Below are positions 1-10,202 of a stretch of 64,000 nt of DNA, one piece after another (positions within the stretch are counted from its first letter, which is position 1; each line of letters begins with the position of its first letter). The stretch spans positions 1 to 64,000 of the IMG/VR virus record IMGVR_UViG_3300032242_001916. One strand, written 5' to 3'. The DNA comes from a virus. The position numbers and the translations under genes were made by a program. The notes beneath the pieces are model-generated. The model was not told the origin of the DNA. It did no database searches and saw only the letters and a list, made by a program, of their open reading frames with translations.

Positions 1-119
1 ATAATGTTTAAAAAAATAATGTTTAAGTTTGTTCATAAATTTTGTAATTGGGCAATGAATGTAAAAGATGGCGAAGATGCCACATGGGTTGGCGTTTACC
101 ACATACAGGAATGGGAATA

Positions 120-599
120 ATGAATAACAGTTCACACGCATTAAATGCGTTAACTAAAAAAGGCTTTAAGATACCAAACCAGCCAGCATATGAAATACCA
201 GCGCTACCTGTGGATATCACAGAGTTGCATGACGAAGATCTCATGGAGCTGTTTGTTACCTTGACTAGTTGGACTGACTACGTAGCACCCCAGGTTGCTG
301 TTGCAGCAATTGACGAGCGTGAATGCGATCGTTATGTTTCTGTATTAGAAGCCACAGCTATGGTAAACAACTGGAAAGGTGGCAGTGGCGATCGTGTAAC
401 TATCGCTAAAGCCAATATCCTTCTAGACCCAAAGGTCATAGAAGCTAAGCAAGAATTAGACGAGAAGCACGCTTACCGTAAATTGGTAGAAGTATTGCTG
501 CAAAATCTAGAGCGAGATGCTGCATTGGTATCTCGTGAATTAACTCGTCGTACGTCAGATAGTGGTGTAAAAGCCCGTTCACGGAGGTACTCAGTATAA
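120..599 (+). CDS. helical hypothetical protein (possibly UvsY-like recombination mediator)
   Basis: ORF track 48..599; likely start ATG 120, coupled (TAATG) to a 38-aa ORF at 4..120; coiled-coil-like and near the resolvase. Confidence 0.45.
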   Translation: MNNSSHALNALTKKGFKIPNQPAYEIPALPVDITELHDEDLMELFVTLTSWTDYVAPQVAVAAIDERECDRYVSVLEATAMVNNWKGGSGDRVTIAKANILLDPKVIEAKQELDEKHAYRKLVEVLLQNLERDAALVSRELTRRTSDSGVKARSRRYSV

Positions 600-1045
600 T
601 GGGATACTTTAAAAAGTTAGCAGCAACAAATCGTATAGGCGAAAATTTACAGCGATTTGATATTAGTGTACTAGAAGAAAATATAAGGGCTACTCTTCCA
701 CAGGTACTAGAAAATGTACTTCAAGACTACATTTTAGTGTGTGAAGAAGATTGCTGCGAAGACCAAGCTCAAATAAACATACGAGAAATAGCAGATGCCG
801 TTATCAATGCCTTGCTAGTAGATTTTATTGACACAATTAAAACCGAAATTGTAGACGTATATGAAGAGCAATTAGTAAGCATGCGTAAAGAACTTTCTTG
901 GGGTAGGGACAAGCACGATCCTTACACTCCATCAACCACTGTTTCAAAAGCAAAAACTTATATTAGTCAGACAAAGCCAGGGGGGCATTCTACATCATGG
1001 GACAAGAACAGCAAAATATATTACGACAAGCCGAAGCACTCGTAA
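599..1045 (+). CDS. hypothetical protein
   Basis: 148-aa ORF coupled to the upstream stop. Confidence 0.6.
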   Translation: MGYFKKLAATNRIGENLQRFDISVLEENIRATLPQVLENVLQDYILVCEEDCCEDQAQINIREIADAVINALLVDFIDTIKTEIVDVYEEQLVSMRKELSWGRDKHDPYTPSTTVSKAKTYISQTKPGGHSTSWDKNSKIYYDKPKHS

Positions 1046-1299
1046 GTGGAGCTAGGCAAGCAGCCTATGACCATCCGTTAGATAACTTCAACCGTACTGC
1101 AAAGATCTGGGAAGTAATTTTAGGTGTAGAGGTCACTGCAGAACAGGTAGGACTTTGCATGGTTGGCTTAAAGCTAGCACGCGAGGCCTACACACATAAA
1201 GAAGATAACCTAGTAGATGCTGCAGGATACTTACACACAACTGATTTAGTAATCAAAGAACGGGAGATACGAAATGGCGACAAACCCAAAAATCTTTGA
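997..1299 (+). CDS. DUF6378-family / dNTP diphosphohydrolase-like protein
   Basis: R.AAYDHP..NF...AKIW...LKLARE......DNLVDAAGY pattern. Confidence 0.75.
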   Translation: MGQEQQNILRQAEALVSGARQAAYDHPLDNFNRTAKIWEVILGVEVTAEQVGLCMVGLKLAREAYTHKEDNLVDAAGYLHTTDLVIKEREIRNGDKPKNL

Positions 1300-1837
1300 T
1301 GGTGGGTTAAAAAATGGGGCAAAATGCTGGATGGGGATAGATCAATCCCTAACCGGCTTTGCCGTTACCTTTATAGACAAAGACGACAAGTATATGACTT
1401 ATGTCTACAAGGCAGAGGATACCGGGATTAAACGGCTGTTTAATATCGAAACCTGGCTTTGTGACTTACTAAAAAAGTATAAGATCATAGACATTGCTTT
1501 AGAGTCTCCAGTTAAGATGTCTCATGCAGCTATTATCTCCGGAGAACTTTACGCCACAGTGCGCCTAGCGTTGTATAAGAACTGCAAAGAGCCTGGACGT
1601 GCTCCTTTACAAGTTGCTCCCCCCGTACTAAAGAAGTATGTAGCCGGTAAAGGAACTGGAGTTCAAAAAAACCAAATGCTTTTACAGGTATATAAAAAGT
1701 GGGGCGTAGAGTTCAATGACGATAATGCCGCAGACTCCTATGGGTTGGCACGTATTGTTAGGGGCAACTATGACCACAAATACGAAGAAGACATAATAAA
1801 TAGCCTTAAGGACCCTAAGTTCCGGGATATAGTGTAA
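1274..1837 (+). CDS. ruvC: RuvC-like Holliday junction resolvase
   Basis: GIDQSLTGFA, ALE, LKKYVAGKG, DDNAADSYGLA acidic catalytic motifs. Confidence 0.85.
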   Translation: MATNPKIFDGGLKNGAKCWMGIDQSLTGFAVTFIDKDDKYMTYVYKAEDTGIKRLFNIETWLCDLLKKYKIIDIALESPVKMSHAAIISGELYATVRLALYKNCKEPGRAPLQVAPPVLKKYVAGKGTGVQKNQMLLQVYKKWGVEFNDDNAADSYGLARIVRGNYDHKYEEDIINSLKDPKFRDIV

Positions 1838-1886
1838 AGTTTTCTTAGAGGGCGCTCAATAATCGGAAAACTAAGGAATAATAATC

Positions 1887-2168
1887 GTGAGCGAAACACA
1901 AGAAGACGACAAATTCTTACGGGTTGGTGGCGGTTCAAACGCACAGTCCGTAGGATCAGCTATAGCGCATGCGCTATACGAAACCCCGGTCGTAAAGATC
2001 AGAGCAGTTGGGGCTTCAGCAGTTAATCAGGCTGTTAAAGCAATAGCAATTGCACGAGGCTACGTAGCCCCAAGAGGTCTTGATCTGGTTTGCAAGCCCG
2101 GCTTTACTACTGTAGAGTCTAGGGAAGGCAAGATTTCAGCAATTGTTTTTACAATTACTGCCAGTTAA
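1887..2168 (+). CDS. spoVS: SpoVS-family (Alba-like) nucleic-acid-binding protein
   Basis: SVGSAIA...RAVGASAVNQAVKAIAIARG...KPGF...ISAIVF closely matches SpoVS; AAGGA RBS. Confidence 0.9.
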   Translation: MSETQEDDKFLRVGGGSNAQSVGSAIAHALYETPVVKIRAVGASAVNQAVKAIAIARGYVAPRGLDLVCKPGFTTVESREGKISAIVFTITAS

Positions 2169-2233
2169 CACTGATAAATTAAGCCGTAAAGCTTACGGTT
2201 TACATATAAACTCTATTCTAGAATGAGGTAAAA

Positions 2234-2605
2234 ATGGCTAATTCGTCAGAAGACGTAGATGCAGCCCTAGCCGGTATGGCAAAAGTCGGTGCACCACGCG
2301 TTCCTATGGGTACTTCGGCAATTGATGAAACCTACTATGCTTCGGCAAACACAGGTAATCAGCATCTGATGCCCCGTGGAAACGTACAGGCAGGAGACCC
2401 AACCGCAGGAGAAATGCCCGCTCATCGTACAAACGTACAGCTCGGTGCAGATCGCCTTGGTGCAAAGTACACAGTTGTTACTAACACTGTGATTCCTACT
2501 GCTCCAGAAGCTGGCGCTACACAGGCAAGTGGACGTATCGTTCCACCTAAGACTATCCGCAGCCGTGAGTCATTTGACGACGGTATGGGATCGTCTTACA
2601 ATTAA
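2234..2605 (+). CDS. hypothetical protein
   Basis: GAGG RBS, followed by a terminator. Confidence 0.7.
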   Translation: MANSSEDVDAALAGMAKVGAPRVPMGTSAIDETYYASANTGNQHLMPRGNVQAGDPTAGEMPAHRTNVQLGADRLGAKYTVVTNTVIPTAPEAGATQASGRIVPPKTIRSRESFDDGMGSSYN

Positions 2606-2641
2606 TATATAATTAAATAATAACTAAATAGCTTGTATCGT

Positions 2642-2665
2642 GGTGGCCCGCAAGGGCCACCCTTT
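2642..2665 (+). terminator. intrinsic terminator
   Basis: GGTGGCCC-GCAA-GGGCCACC then CTTT. Confidence 0.7.
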
Positions 2666-2691
2666 AATTGGGATAACACACGGAGGTCACT

Positions 2692-2931
2692 GTGCTAGCA
2701 GAAGCACTAAACGAATTTAAAACCAAGCGGTTAATGGAAGTTAAGCGCTGTATTGTAGGGGAATGGTCAGAAGCATTATCTGACGATGACCAGCAAGTAT
2801 TGAGCGAAGCTATGATGGATTATTCCATCTCTAATCGCCAACTATTAATGATTTTACGTAATGCAGGGGCATCTTTTAGCCTAGAAGCAATCCGTCGTCA
2901 TCGTAACGAGGAGTGCCCATGTCGAGTTTAG
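2692..2931 (+). CDS. small HTH-like protein upstream of the phosphoesterase
   Basis: GGAGG RBS; C-terminal RRHR...CPC. Confidence 0.65.
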   Translation: MLAEALNEFKTKRLMEVKRCIVGEWSEALSDDDQQVLSEAMMDYSISNRQLLMILRNAGASFSLEAIRRHRNEECPCRV

Positions 2932-3941
2932 GTGATGAATTAACAAAGCTACGCCTAGACATTAACTTGGCAAAGCCACAACCTGCTCCCTCCTGGCCTG
3001 TAATTCAGCCAGCAAAGCCAATAGTAATCAAGCAACAGCCAAAGCCTAAAAAAGCCCCTGCCCTTGTAGGTGGCTGGAAGACCGCAGTTGTATTGCCCGA
3101 TCCACAGATAGGCTATCGCCAGTTTGAAGATACTGGCCTGGATCCTTTTCACGATGAAGCAGCTATGGACGTAGCTATTCAAATTCTTAGTGCTGAGAAT
3201 CATGATAGTGGGGTGCATCAGGTTGTAAATCTTGGAGATTACATTGATCTTCCAGCACAAGGTAAGTACGAGCAGGAAGCTTCGTTTGCTTTTACCACTC
3301 AGCATGCAATAGACCGGGGCAGCCTATTTGCCGCAGAGCAGCGTGCTGCAGCCCCAAATGCAAAAATTGTTATCCTTGAGGGTAACCATGACCGCCGTAT
3401 GCAAAAATTTGTACAGGCAAATGCCTTATCTGCTTTTGGATTACGTCGTGCCAACCTGCCAGACTCTTGGCCAGTAATGTCAATGCCATATCTTCTTCGT
3501 CTAGACGAGTTTGATATTGAATATATCGATGCTTACCCAGCAGGGGTTTGGTGGATTAACGACAAACTTCGGGCTATTCATGGAGATAAGGTTCGTAGCA
3601 ATGGCTCAACTGCCAATGCTTACACAGCCGATATGCCGCATATCTCAACAGTCTTTGGCCATATTCATCGCCAAGAAATTCAGTCTAAAACTACTTTTGA
3701 CCGCCAGGGCAAGATCAAGGCTATGGCAATTAGTCCAGGGTGTCTATGCCGTGTAGACGGTCATGTACCTAGTGTCAAGGGTTCTGTAGACTCCGCAGGT
3801 AAGCCAGTAACCTATTGGGAAAACTGGCAACAGGGAGTCGCAGTCATTCGTTATAAGGATGAAGGCTCATTCCATGTGGATCTAGTTCATATTGATGAGG
3901 GCAAAACTCTTTATAAAGGTCAAGAATTTATCGCCAAGTAA
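2919..3941 (+). CDS. calcineurin-like metallophosphoesterase
   Basis: LPDPQ, NLGDYID, EGNHD, IHGD, FGHIH motifs. Confidence 0.9.
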   Translation: MSSLGDELTKLRLDINLAKPQPAPSWPVIQPAKPIVIKQQPKPKKAPALVGGWKTAVVLPDPQIGYRQFEDTGLDPFHDEAAMDVAIQILSAENHDSGVHQVVNLGDYIDLPAQGKYEQEASFAFTTQHAIDRGSLFAAEQRAAAPNAKIVILEGNHDRRMQKFVQANALSAFGLRRANLPDSWPVMSMPYLLRLDEFDIEYIDAYPAGVWWINDKLRAIHGDKVRSNGSTANAYTADMPHISTVFGHIHRQEIQSKTTFDRQGKIKAMAISPGCLCRVDGHVPSVKGSVDSAGKPVTYWENWQQGVAVIRYKDEGSFHVDLVHIDEGKTLYKGQEFIAK

Positions 3942-3955
3942 GTTGCATCGAACAG

Positions 3956-3983
3956 AGGGCTCACCAGAAATGGTGGGCCCTTT
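3956..3983 (+). terminator. intrinsic terminator
   Basis: GGGCTCACCA-GAAA-TGGTGGGCCC-TTT. Confidence 0.7.
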
Positions 3984-4021
3984 GGCATTACAACTCTTAA
4001 TAATTAAAGGAAAATAAGAAC

Positions 4022-4237
4022 ATGGGAATTCCAGTAGATCCACGAGCTGATAGAGCCGGGAAAAATAAAGTAGAAGGCCTTAGATTTGCTCATAGAATGG
4101 GTCTTCACCAAGGTAATCCTGATCCATCACAGGGTGGGTGTATTACTTGTTTTACTGACCAAAATTCACATATAATGAATAATCATAAGAAAAACCCAAA
4201 CCCTAAATGTGCTTATTGCCCACCTAAACGCGGATAG
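4022..4237 (+). CDS. small protein with two Hxx(G/N)xH...CxxC modules
   Basis: HRMGLH..CITC and HIMNNH..CAYC; AAGGA RBS. Confidence 0.7.
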   Translation: MGIPVDPRADRAGKNKVEGLRFAHRMGLHQGNPDPSQGGCITCFTDQNSHIMNNHKKNPNPKCAYCPPKRG

Positions 4238-4252
4238 TAAAAGGAAAATAAC

Positions 4253-4879
4253 ATGATTGAAAATACTGTAACCCCAGAAGAACATGCCAAAATGGCAAAA
4301 GAAGTAATAGATCGTATGGAATCTAAAGAAGGTACCAAGGTCTTTACCAAAGCTCATTCAGATGAATTAAACGCTATGCTTGCAGCTGATAAAGCTAAAG
4401 GTAAGGGTAAAGGTAAGAAAAACTCTGCACCTGCTGCAGAAGCAGAGCCAAAAGCAGAGCCAAAAACAGAACCAGAGGAAGAGCCTACGGGTAAGCCAAA
4501 GCCTGAAAGGGAATTTGTCAACGTTGGCGCTGCAACCGCCCCTATTCCAGAGCCACAATCTAATCCTGAAATGGATTCAGATACTAGGAGTGAAGTATTC
4601 CACCAAGCAACTAAAGCTCATAAAGCTCCTGCACGTGCTGGACGTGAAATACTTTTTGGTAAGCCACTAGGACCAAATGCTACGGTTTTTGATCATATTC
4701 GTAATGATCAGGGATATAACCATACTGAAGAAGATTTAACAGATCTTCAGCATAAGAACCAATTAAACGATTTTTATGGGCATTTAGATAAGGATCATGC
4801 TAGAGGAGACCACGAAGAGTCATCTCTGGGTAATCACCCACATTGTTCTGCATGTATAGTAAAGGCAGCGATTAGTTAA
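4253..4879 (+). CDS. orphan protein with C-terminal HxxGxH...CxxC
   Basis: HARGDH..CSAC; disordered AEPK repeats. Confidence 0.75.
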   Translation: MIENTVTPEEHAKMAKEVIDRMESKEGTKVFTKAHSDELNAMLAADKAKGKGKGKKNSAPAAEAEPKAEPKTEPEEEPTGKPKPEREFVNVGAATAPIPEPQSNPEMDSDTRSEVFHQATKAHKAPARAGREILFGKPLGPNATVFDHIRNDQGYNHTEEDLTDLQHKNQLNDFYGHLDKDHARGDHEESSLGNHPHCSACIVKAAIS

Positions 4880-5412
4880 TGCCTAGTTCACATCAAAACT
4901 GGCAATACCTGGGTGGTAATGGGTTTGTAGGCTCATACACTACCACAGGTGGAGGCGGCACGCCTGTAACCGGACGTAGTGAAATGGACTTTGCCCGTAT
5001 GGGTGTTGGCAAAGTACCCTCTGCAGAATACCCAGATGGTTATTTAGGTACAATTCGTTCACGTCGTGACGATAAAGGTAATGGTACAGACACTGTTTTG
5101 GACTCTCTTAAGAGTCGCAGCAATCAAAGAGCTTATCAGCGCGGTGTTCACAAGGGTGAGCGTATTGACCCCGGTCAGTACTATTGGCCAGGTGGATTAG
5201 AAGCAGAGCGTCGAGTAATGCTTAAACCAAAAATTGTAAATAACGACGGTGCAACAAATATGCTAGTACCTAGATACACTCCAAATACAATTATGGCTCC
5301 CCCTCCAGCTCTTATCAATGATGGTAAAGCGGATATAACAGCCGATCAGCCAATAGATATTAACTATGTTCGTAATCATAGGCTGCAAAATCTAGTCCCT
5401 AGGTGGAACTAA
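4879..5412 (+). CDS. phage hypothetical protein
   Basis: coupled ORF; EYPDGYLGTI..RRDD, YQRGVHKGERID. Confidence 0.75.
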   Translation: MPSSHQNWQYLGGNGFVGSYTTTGGGGTPVTGRSEMDFARMGVGKVPSAEYPDGYLGTIRSRRDDKGNGTDTVLDSLKSRSNQRAYQRGVHKGERIDPGQYYWPGGLEAERRVMLKPKIVNNDGATNMLVPRYTPNTIMAPPPALINDGKADITADQPIDINYVRNHRLQNLVPRWN

Positions 5413-5792
5413 TGCCAAATACTCCAGACGGTAGATATGATACAACTAAGCCATGGCAAAATAAACCTGGCATGGTTCGAGATGATGAAGCAGATCCCTA
5501 TAATCTTAGGTACGACTACTTAGGTCCTCATGGTAGTAGGGATGAAGCTGTTATCTCCCAGGCTATTGCCTCGGTAACTACCCCAGCACAGTTTCTGCAG
5601 GACATTGTGCGACCTCCTTTACCACAAGTTCAGTTATTTAGGTCTAGATTTGGGTATAGGTCACGTCAAATAGGTATTGCAGATATCATGGATGTTGACG
5701 AGATATATGCAGAGCCTAGAACAGATCTAAGCGGTGGCATAGGTGGATACGAAGGAACAAGCCGAAATTCCTCGGGGAATGCCTCATATTAA
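5412..5792 (+). CDS. hypothetical protein
   Basis: coupled TAATG start. Confidence 0.7.
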   Translation: MPNTPDGRYDTTKPWQNKPGMVRDDEADPYNLRYDYLGPHGSRDEAVISQAIASVTTPAQFLQDIVRPPLPQVQLFRSRFGYRSRQIGIADIMDVDEIYAEPRTDLSGGIGGYEGTSRNSSGNASY

Positions 5793-5801
5793 GGAGAACT
5801 A

Positions 5802-6224
5802 ATGGGTAGCTTTCAAGATGCTGTCAATTCCGAACTAAGACGGCGTAAGGGTTTGGGCAATTGCCCTACCTGTGGATACACCATGTACCCTTCAACTGAG
5901 CCTGTAAAAAATGAAGGCGGAAAAGTAACCGTTCCACCACCAGTTTGTGAAAACCCAAAGTGTGGCGACAACAGCACGGCTAATAAAATGTCACTTGCCA
6001 TAAGATTAATCAAAGAACGCGCAGCAAAAGACCCTTCAGTAGTAATCCATCATATTGACGATGATTGTTCAGCTGGTCTTTGTGAGCCCGGAGTTGGAAT
6101 ACAGGGTAAACCCGGCAATACTGTGGTTCATATTGATCAAAGGACCGCTGAGGAAAGAGACCCCAGCAGTCGTAAACACATCCCTAAACCATTGAATTCA
6201 ACCCATGTCTTCTTCGATAAGTAA
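5802..6224 (+). CDS. Zn-ribbon hypothetical protein
   Basis: CPTCG...CENPKC; AAGGAG RBS. Confidence 0.7.
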   Translation: MGSFQDAVNSELRRRKGLGNCPTCGYTMYPSTEPVKNEGGKVTVPPPVCENPKCGDNSTANKMSLAIRLIKERAAKDPSVVIHHIDDDCSAGLCEPGVGIQGKPGNTVVHIDQRTAEERDPSSRKHIPKPLNSTHVFFDK

Positions 6225-6553
6225 CCAAACCGAGTATAACTATTCCGACACTTGCGATAAGTGCGGCAAAATGATTCAGCCTGTGGAAAGATTATATTCA
6301 AGAGATAATGGTAAGTGTAAGGACTGCGAAGTCCGAGACTTTAGTGCGATAATACAGGCAGGTTTTAAATGAAATCTCAGACTTCAGAGTTTGAAGAGAA
6401 TGACAACTGCCCACGTTGTGGGGAGAAGTCATGCAACCACTGGACTCCTAGAGAACCAGTAATGCCGAGCTACTTACGTGGCAAGGAAGAGGCTCCAAAA
6501 GATGGGGTTGACGTATCAAAAGCTAAGAAGAATCTTGGAATATAGGAGAAACA

Positions 6554-6835
6554 ATGTCAAACAGATCTCATAATGGTGAACTTCATGAAGGTGCAACCGA
6601 TGGCAAGTACCGCAAGGTTCGTCCAAACACCCATGTAGCTCCAGGACTAGGCGATGAGCTTGTAAGAGCTAACCGCGCAAGTCTTCACCCATTCTTTAAC
6701 TATGGTTTTATTGACACTGAAGAAACAAAGATGGTTTCTCCAGGCGAAGCAAATGTAAAAGCCTCTCGCGTACCTTCTTTTAGCAGCACTCCGGTAGCTG
6801 ACATCGATAACAATATGATGGGACAGACACACTAA
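6554..6835 (+). CDS. hypothetical protein
   Basis: AGGAG RBS. Confidence 0.7.
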   Translation: MSNRSHNGELHEGATDGKYRKVRPNTHVAPGLGDELVRANRASLHPFFNYGFIDTEETKMVSPGEANVKASRVPSFSSTPVADIDNNMMGQTH

Positions 6836-7047
6836 TGGGACTATTTAGCAGAGAAGGCAAAAGCTCCGGCGTATGCCGTGATTGCAAAATGCTAAAAAAC
6901 TCTAATAATGATTGTAAATGTACTGCCAATGATGGCAAAGCTAGTTGCACTGGTTGTGGGGCAAAAGGATACGTTCCAAATAGAGACGCACATCCAGATG
7001 AAATTCGATCACAAATTGGCTGCAGCTGCGGCAGTGAAGAAAATTAG
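6835..7047 (+). CDS. Cys-rich protein, N-terminus paralogous to the next ORF
   Basis: FSREGKSSGVCRDC. Confidence 0.7.
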   Translation: MGLFSREGKSSGVCRDCKMLKNSNNDCKCTANDGKASCTGCGAKGYVPNRDAHPDEIRSQIGCSCGSEEN

Positions 7048-7056
7048 GAAAGTAAA

Positions 7057-7677
7057 ATGGCATTTGAATCAAGAGAAGGTCAGTCTTCCGGCGTATGTCG
7101 TGATTGCTCAACTTTAAGAAGCCCACATGACGGAAGTTGTGCATGCACCCATTGGAAAGAAATTGCAAACTCAGTGGGCCCAGATTTAGATGAAGGTTCT
7201 ACATCAGGGTACAATTCTTCTAAAGATGATGCTGAGCCCGATATTGATAAAGAACCGCATAGTGCTGGGCTTTGGACCTGCAGCAATTGTGACAAATCTT
7301 TTAATCCTTCAACAGAGCTTTATGAAAGACAACCAGGAACCGATCTTAAGTTTTTATGCTCTAATTGCTCAGATAAAAATTTTGGGGCAAATTCTGCAGA
7401 AGATTCATCTAGCAAAGAGCATAAAATGATGGAGCATGCTGCACATCATTTTGAAGTAAACGGGTATCATGAAGGAGACCCAGGAGAATTAGAAGAAGAT
7501 TTTGAAAAAGTGGGTAAAAATACCCAAGCAATTGCACATGAATACTTTAAGCCTCTTCATGCAGCTTTTTCAAAGATATGGGACCACAAAGGTCCTAAAA
7601 TAAATGCACAGCATCACACCGACATTCATCGTGAATTACTTGCTAATGCTGCTGCTAAAGTAAATCGTTATCAATAG
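7057..7677 (+). CDS. Cys/His-rich Zn-binding hypothetical protein
   Basis: FESREGQSSGVCRDC; CSNC twice. Confidence 0.75.
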   Translation: MAFESREGQSSGVCRDCSTLRSPHDGSCACTHWKEIANSVGPDLDEGSTSGYNSSKDDAEPDIDKEPHSAGLWTCSNCDKSFNPSTELYERQPGTDLKFLCSNCSDKNFGANSAEDSSSKEHKMMEHAAHHFEVNGYHEGDPGELEEDFEKVGKNTQAIAHEYFKPLHAAFSKIWDHKGPKINAQHHTDIHRELLANAAAKVNRYQ

Positions 7678-7696
7678 GACTAATCTAAGGAAATAA

Positions 7697-7879
7697 ATGA
7701 ATCACGAAGATGAGGAATTTGAAGAGGGCTTAACTCATAAAGAAAGAATGATGAGAGAGTTCCTACTTCGTAGAACTGAAGAAGAAGCGTCACAAAACTT
7801 TGTAAATATGCTGCGTAAGCATAAGAGCAAAGAAACTTTTAAGGACTTTGATTACTATGGAGAACGTCGACTGGGATAA
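7697..7879 (+). CDS. hypothetical protein
   Basis: AAGGA RBS, 60 aa. Confidence 0.55.
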   Translation: MNHEDEEFEEGLTHKERMMREFLLRRTEEEASQNFVNMLRKHKSKETFKDFDYYGERRLG

Positions 7880-10103
7880 GTGGGATAAACTTGCGGATAC
7901 CTCCGATGTCGAAGCCCATGTAGACCCAAGTATTTATTCAGAAGCTGCTGAAGAGGCTGAGCAATTTGAGCCTGAAAGCAATAGGCAAATGGCTGCCTCC
8001 TGTGAATACCCACATGTAAATGAATTTGGGCGTAAAGTTCCATGCCCTAACCCAGCTACTCGCATAGCGTTCAGAGTAGACCATAGTGACCCAGAAAACC
8101 CAGAATTACATCAATCTGGTATTGGGTTTGTATGTGATCAGCACGCTCAGCAAACTCACCTTACACATGAGGCCCTTAAACAATCTGCCGTTGCTAGAGC
8201 AGCAGAAACAGGGGCTAGTATTAATTTAAATCGTACTACTTTGCACACTCCAGAACTTAATTCTGTTCAGGATGGATTAACTGAAGCGGGTATACGAAAA
8301 GGCAGCACAGAAGAGCTAGAAGCTCAAACTTTAATGGCTCACCGTTTAGCAAATAACCTTGTTACCCATCAAGGACAGCCAGTTCCTGCAGACTATGGTC
8401 TTAGTTCGGGTCGTGCAATAACCAGTGGTTTAGGCACTGATTTATCTCAGTTCCAAGAAGTAGAGCAACCTAAAGAACTTAGTGCTCATGGAAAATTTTT
8501 ACAGCATGAGGCTGATAAAACTCGTTATCAAAAACAAATTACTGATCATAATGCGGGTAAGCACACCGTAGAAAGCTATGGTCAGACTGTTGATAACGCA
8601 AGATCTGGAAATATTAGCCAAGTATGCCCATCATGTTTGATGAAGGGTAATACAAACATGGCTATTCGTTTAGCTAAAAGATTTGGGTTAAATTTTGGTC
8701 CATTAGGCATTCATACTCCACACCCTGCAGATACAGCTAAAGAAGCTGAAGATAAACGTCAAGCATTAGCTACAAGAAACATAGTTAGAAAATCTTATGG
8801 ATTAGATCCCATTACTGATGAAAGAGGCGTAGGTCGACCATCTACTCTTGAGTCCGGAGATACTGGGCACTTTACAGTGCCCGTAACCCCTTGGTCTATA
8901 AACCAAGCTCTTCCATCGGGAATTACTGGTTCGGGGGATCCTATCTCCTATGCTGCAAGATCTAGAGAATTTGATGAAAATGGTAATTTAAGAACAACTA
9001 AAATTGTAAACGGAAAAGAAGTTGAGATTAAATCCCCTAGAGTTAACATAGTTAATGCTAGACAACCGTACCCCGCTAAATCAGTTGCCCCTACTGGAAG
9101 AATTTGGACACCTGAAGTTTCTCCAAAGCGTATTGAAAGATTACAATTATCTGCGGCTGCTCCAGAAACGGGGGTTGTTGCATTTCCAATGGCTAGTGAT
9201 TACCAAGGAACTGAGGAATACGCAGATTTGGATGTAAGACAGCATCCCTACGCTGATCCAAATCTTGGTACCCCTATTGCTTGGCATAACGGCCGTGCAG
9301 TGCACGTATTGCGTGAAGAAAGCCGGGGCGGAGGCACTGTTTGGCTTCCTAGTGAAGATGTTGCAATGCATCACACGTCTGACTGCCCAAATAAAGATAC
9401 TTATCCATATAGAAATGCGTGTAAGGCAGGGTGTAAAAATTTAACCCATGCAGAAGTACGCGGTGCTACACAGGCTAGCCATATTCAAGCTGCTGAGTCA
9501 CGTAGAACAGCTAATGAACAACTAGAAGACTTAGGCGGTGCTTTAAGAAGCAGGAGAGCTAATTTACAGGCTAAAGGTTTAATAAGAACTCTAAGGGAAA
9601 TGGGAGTAGAAAACGTTAATGACAAAGAAGCTGTTGCAGCCCATCTTAACTCTCTTGGTCATGACGTAACTCCTGAAGATATACCGGATAACTTGGGGGA
9701 TGCTCTTGAACCAACTTATGCGGGTGAAGATATACGTGATGAAAACGCTAGAATTTTGGCAGCATTGGCAACTAGAACTGCGGCTATGAGTGCCGATGAA
9801 CTAGAGGCGGAATTCAGTAGAGTTAGTTATCCACAGACATTTAGGCCAACTTTTGAAAGAGGTAAAGGGTTACCCCCTAATTCAACCTTCTTTACGGATA
9901 TTCAAGCTGCTAAAGCAAAAGCCCAGGCTGATGCCGAAGCCGCTAAAGCTGCTAAAAAGTCTATTAAAAAGAAGGTTAAGAAAAGGTCTGTCAGTGGTAG
10001 GGTTAAGACTAGAACAGCTAGCGCTGAAGAGCTTGATTCTGCAAGAGATGCAGCCACCGGTCGTAGGGTGGCTCGAGAAGTCATTACCAGAGACGATAAC
10101 TAG
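7857..10103 (+). CDS. large orphan protein with several Cys/His clusters and a basic C-terminal tail
   Basis: ~750-aa ORF; HNAGKH..CPSC. Confidence 0.8.
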   Translation: MENVDWDKWDKLADTSDVEAHVDPSIYSEAAEEAEQFEPESNRQMAASCEYPHVNEFGRKVPCPNPATRIAFRVDHSDPENPELHQSGIGFVCDQHAQQTHLTHEALKQSAVARAAETGASINLNRTTLHTPELNSVQDGLTEAGIRKGSTEELEAQTLMAHRLANNLVTHQGQPVPADYGLSSGRAITSGLGTDLSQFQEVEQPKELSAHGKFLQHEADKTRYQKQITDHNAGKHTVESYGQTVDNARSGNISQVCPSCLMKGNTNMAIRLAKRFGLNFGPLGIHTPHPADTAKEAEDKRQALATRNIVRKSYGLDPITDERGVGRPSTLESGDTGHFTVPVTPWSINQALPSGITGSGDPISYAARSREFDENGNLRTTKIVNGKEVEIKSPRVNIVNARQPYPAKSVAPTGRIWTPEVSPKRIERLQLSAAAPETGVVAFPMASDYQGTEEYADLDVRQHPYADPNLGTPIAWHNGRAVHVLREESRGGGTVWLPSEDVAMHHTSDCPNKDTYPYRNACKAGCKNLTHAEVRGATQASHIQAAESRRTANEQLEDLGGALRSRRANLQAKGLIRTLREMGVENVNDKEAVAAHLNSLGHDVTPEDIPDNLGDALEPTYAGEDIRDENARILAALATRTAAMSADELEAEFSRVSYPQTFRPTFERGKGLPPNSTFFTDIQAAKAKAQADAEAAKAAKKSIKKKVKKRSVSGRVKTRTASAEELDSARDAATGRRVAREVITRDDN

Positions 10104-10202
10104 TAAAATACCCAAAATATTGGCAATAATTCTTGCCGTATCTGCGGATAATGGGGCCAAGTGCATGTACAGTAGTAGTTGTAACTACAACTAGGAGCAC
10201 TT

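Noticed and set aside
4436-4480. GCAGAGCCAAAA tandem repeat
   Set aside because: Simple AEPK low-complexity linker in a coding region
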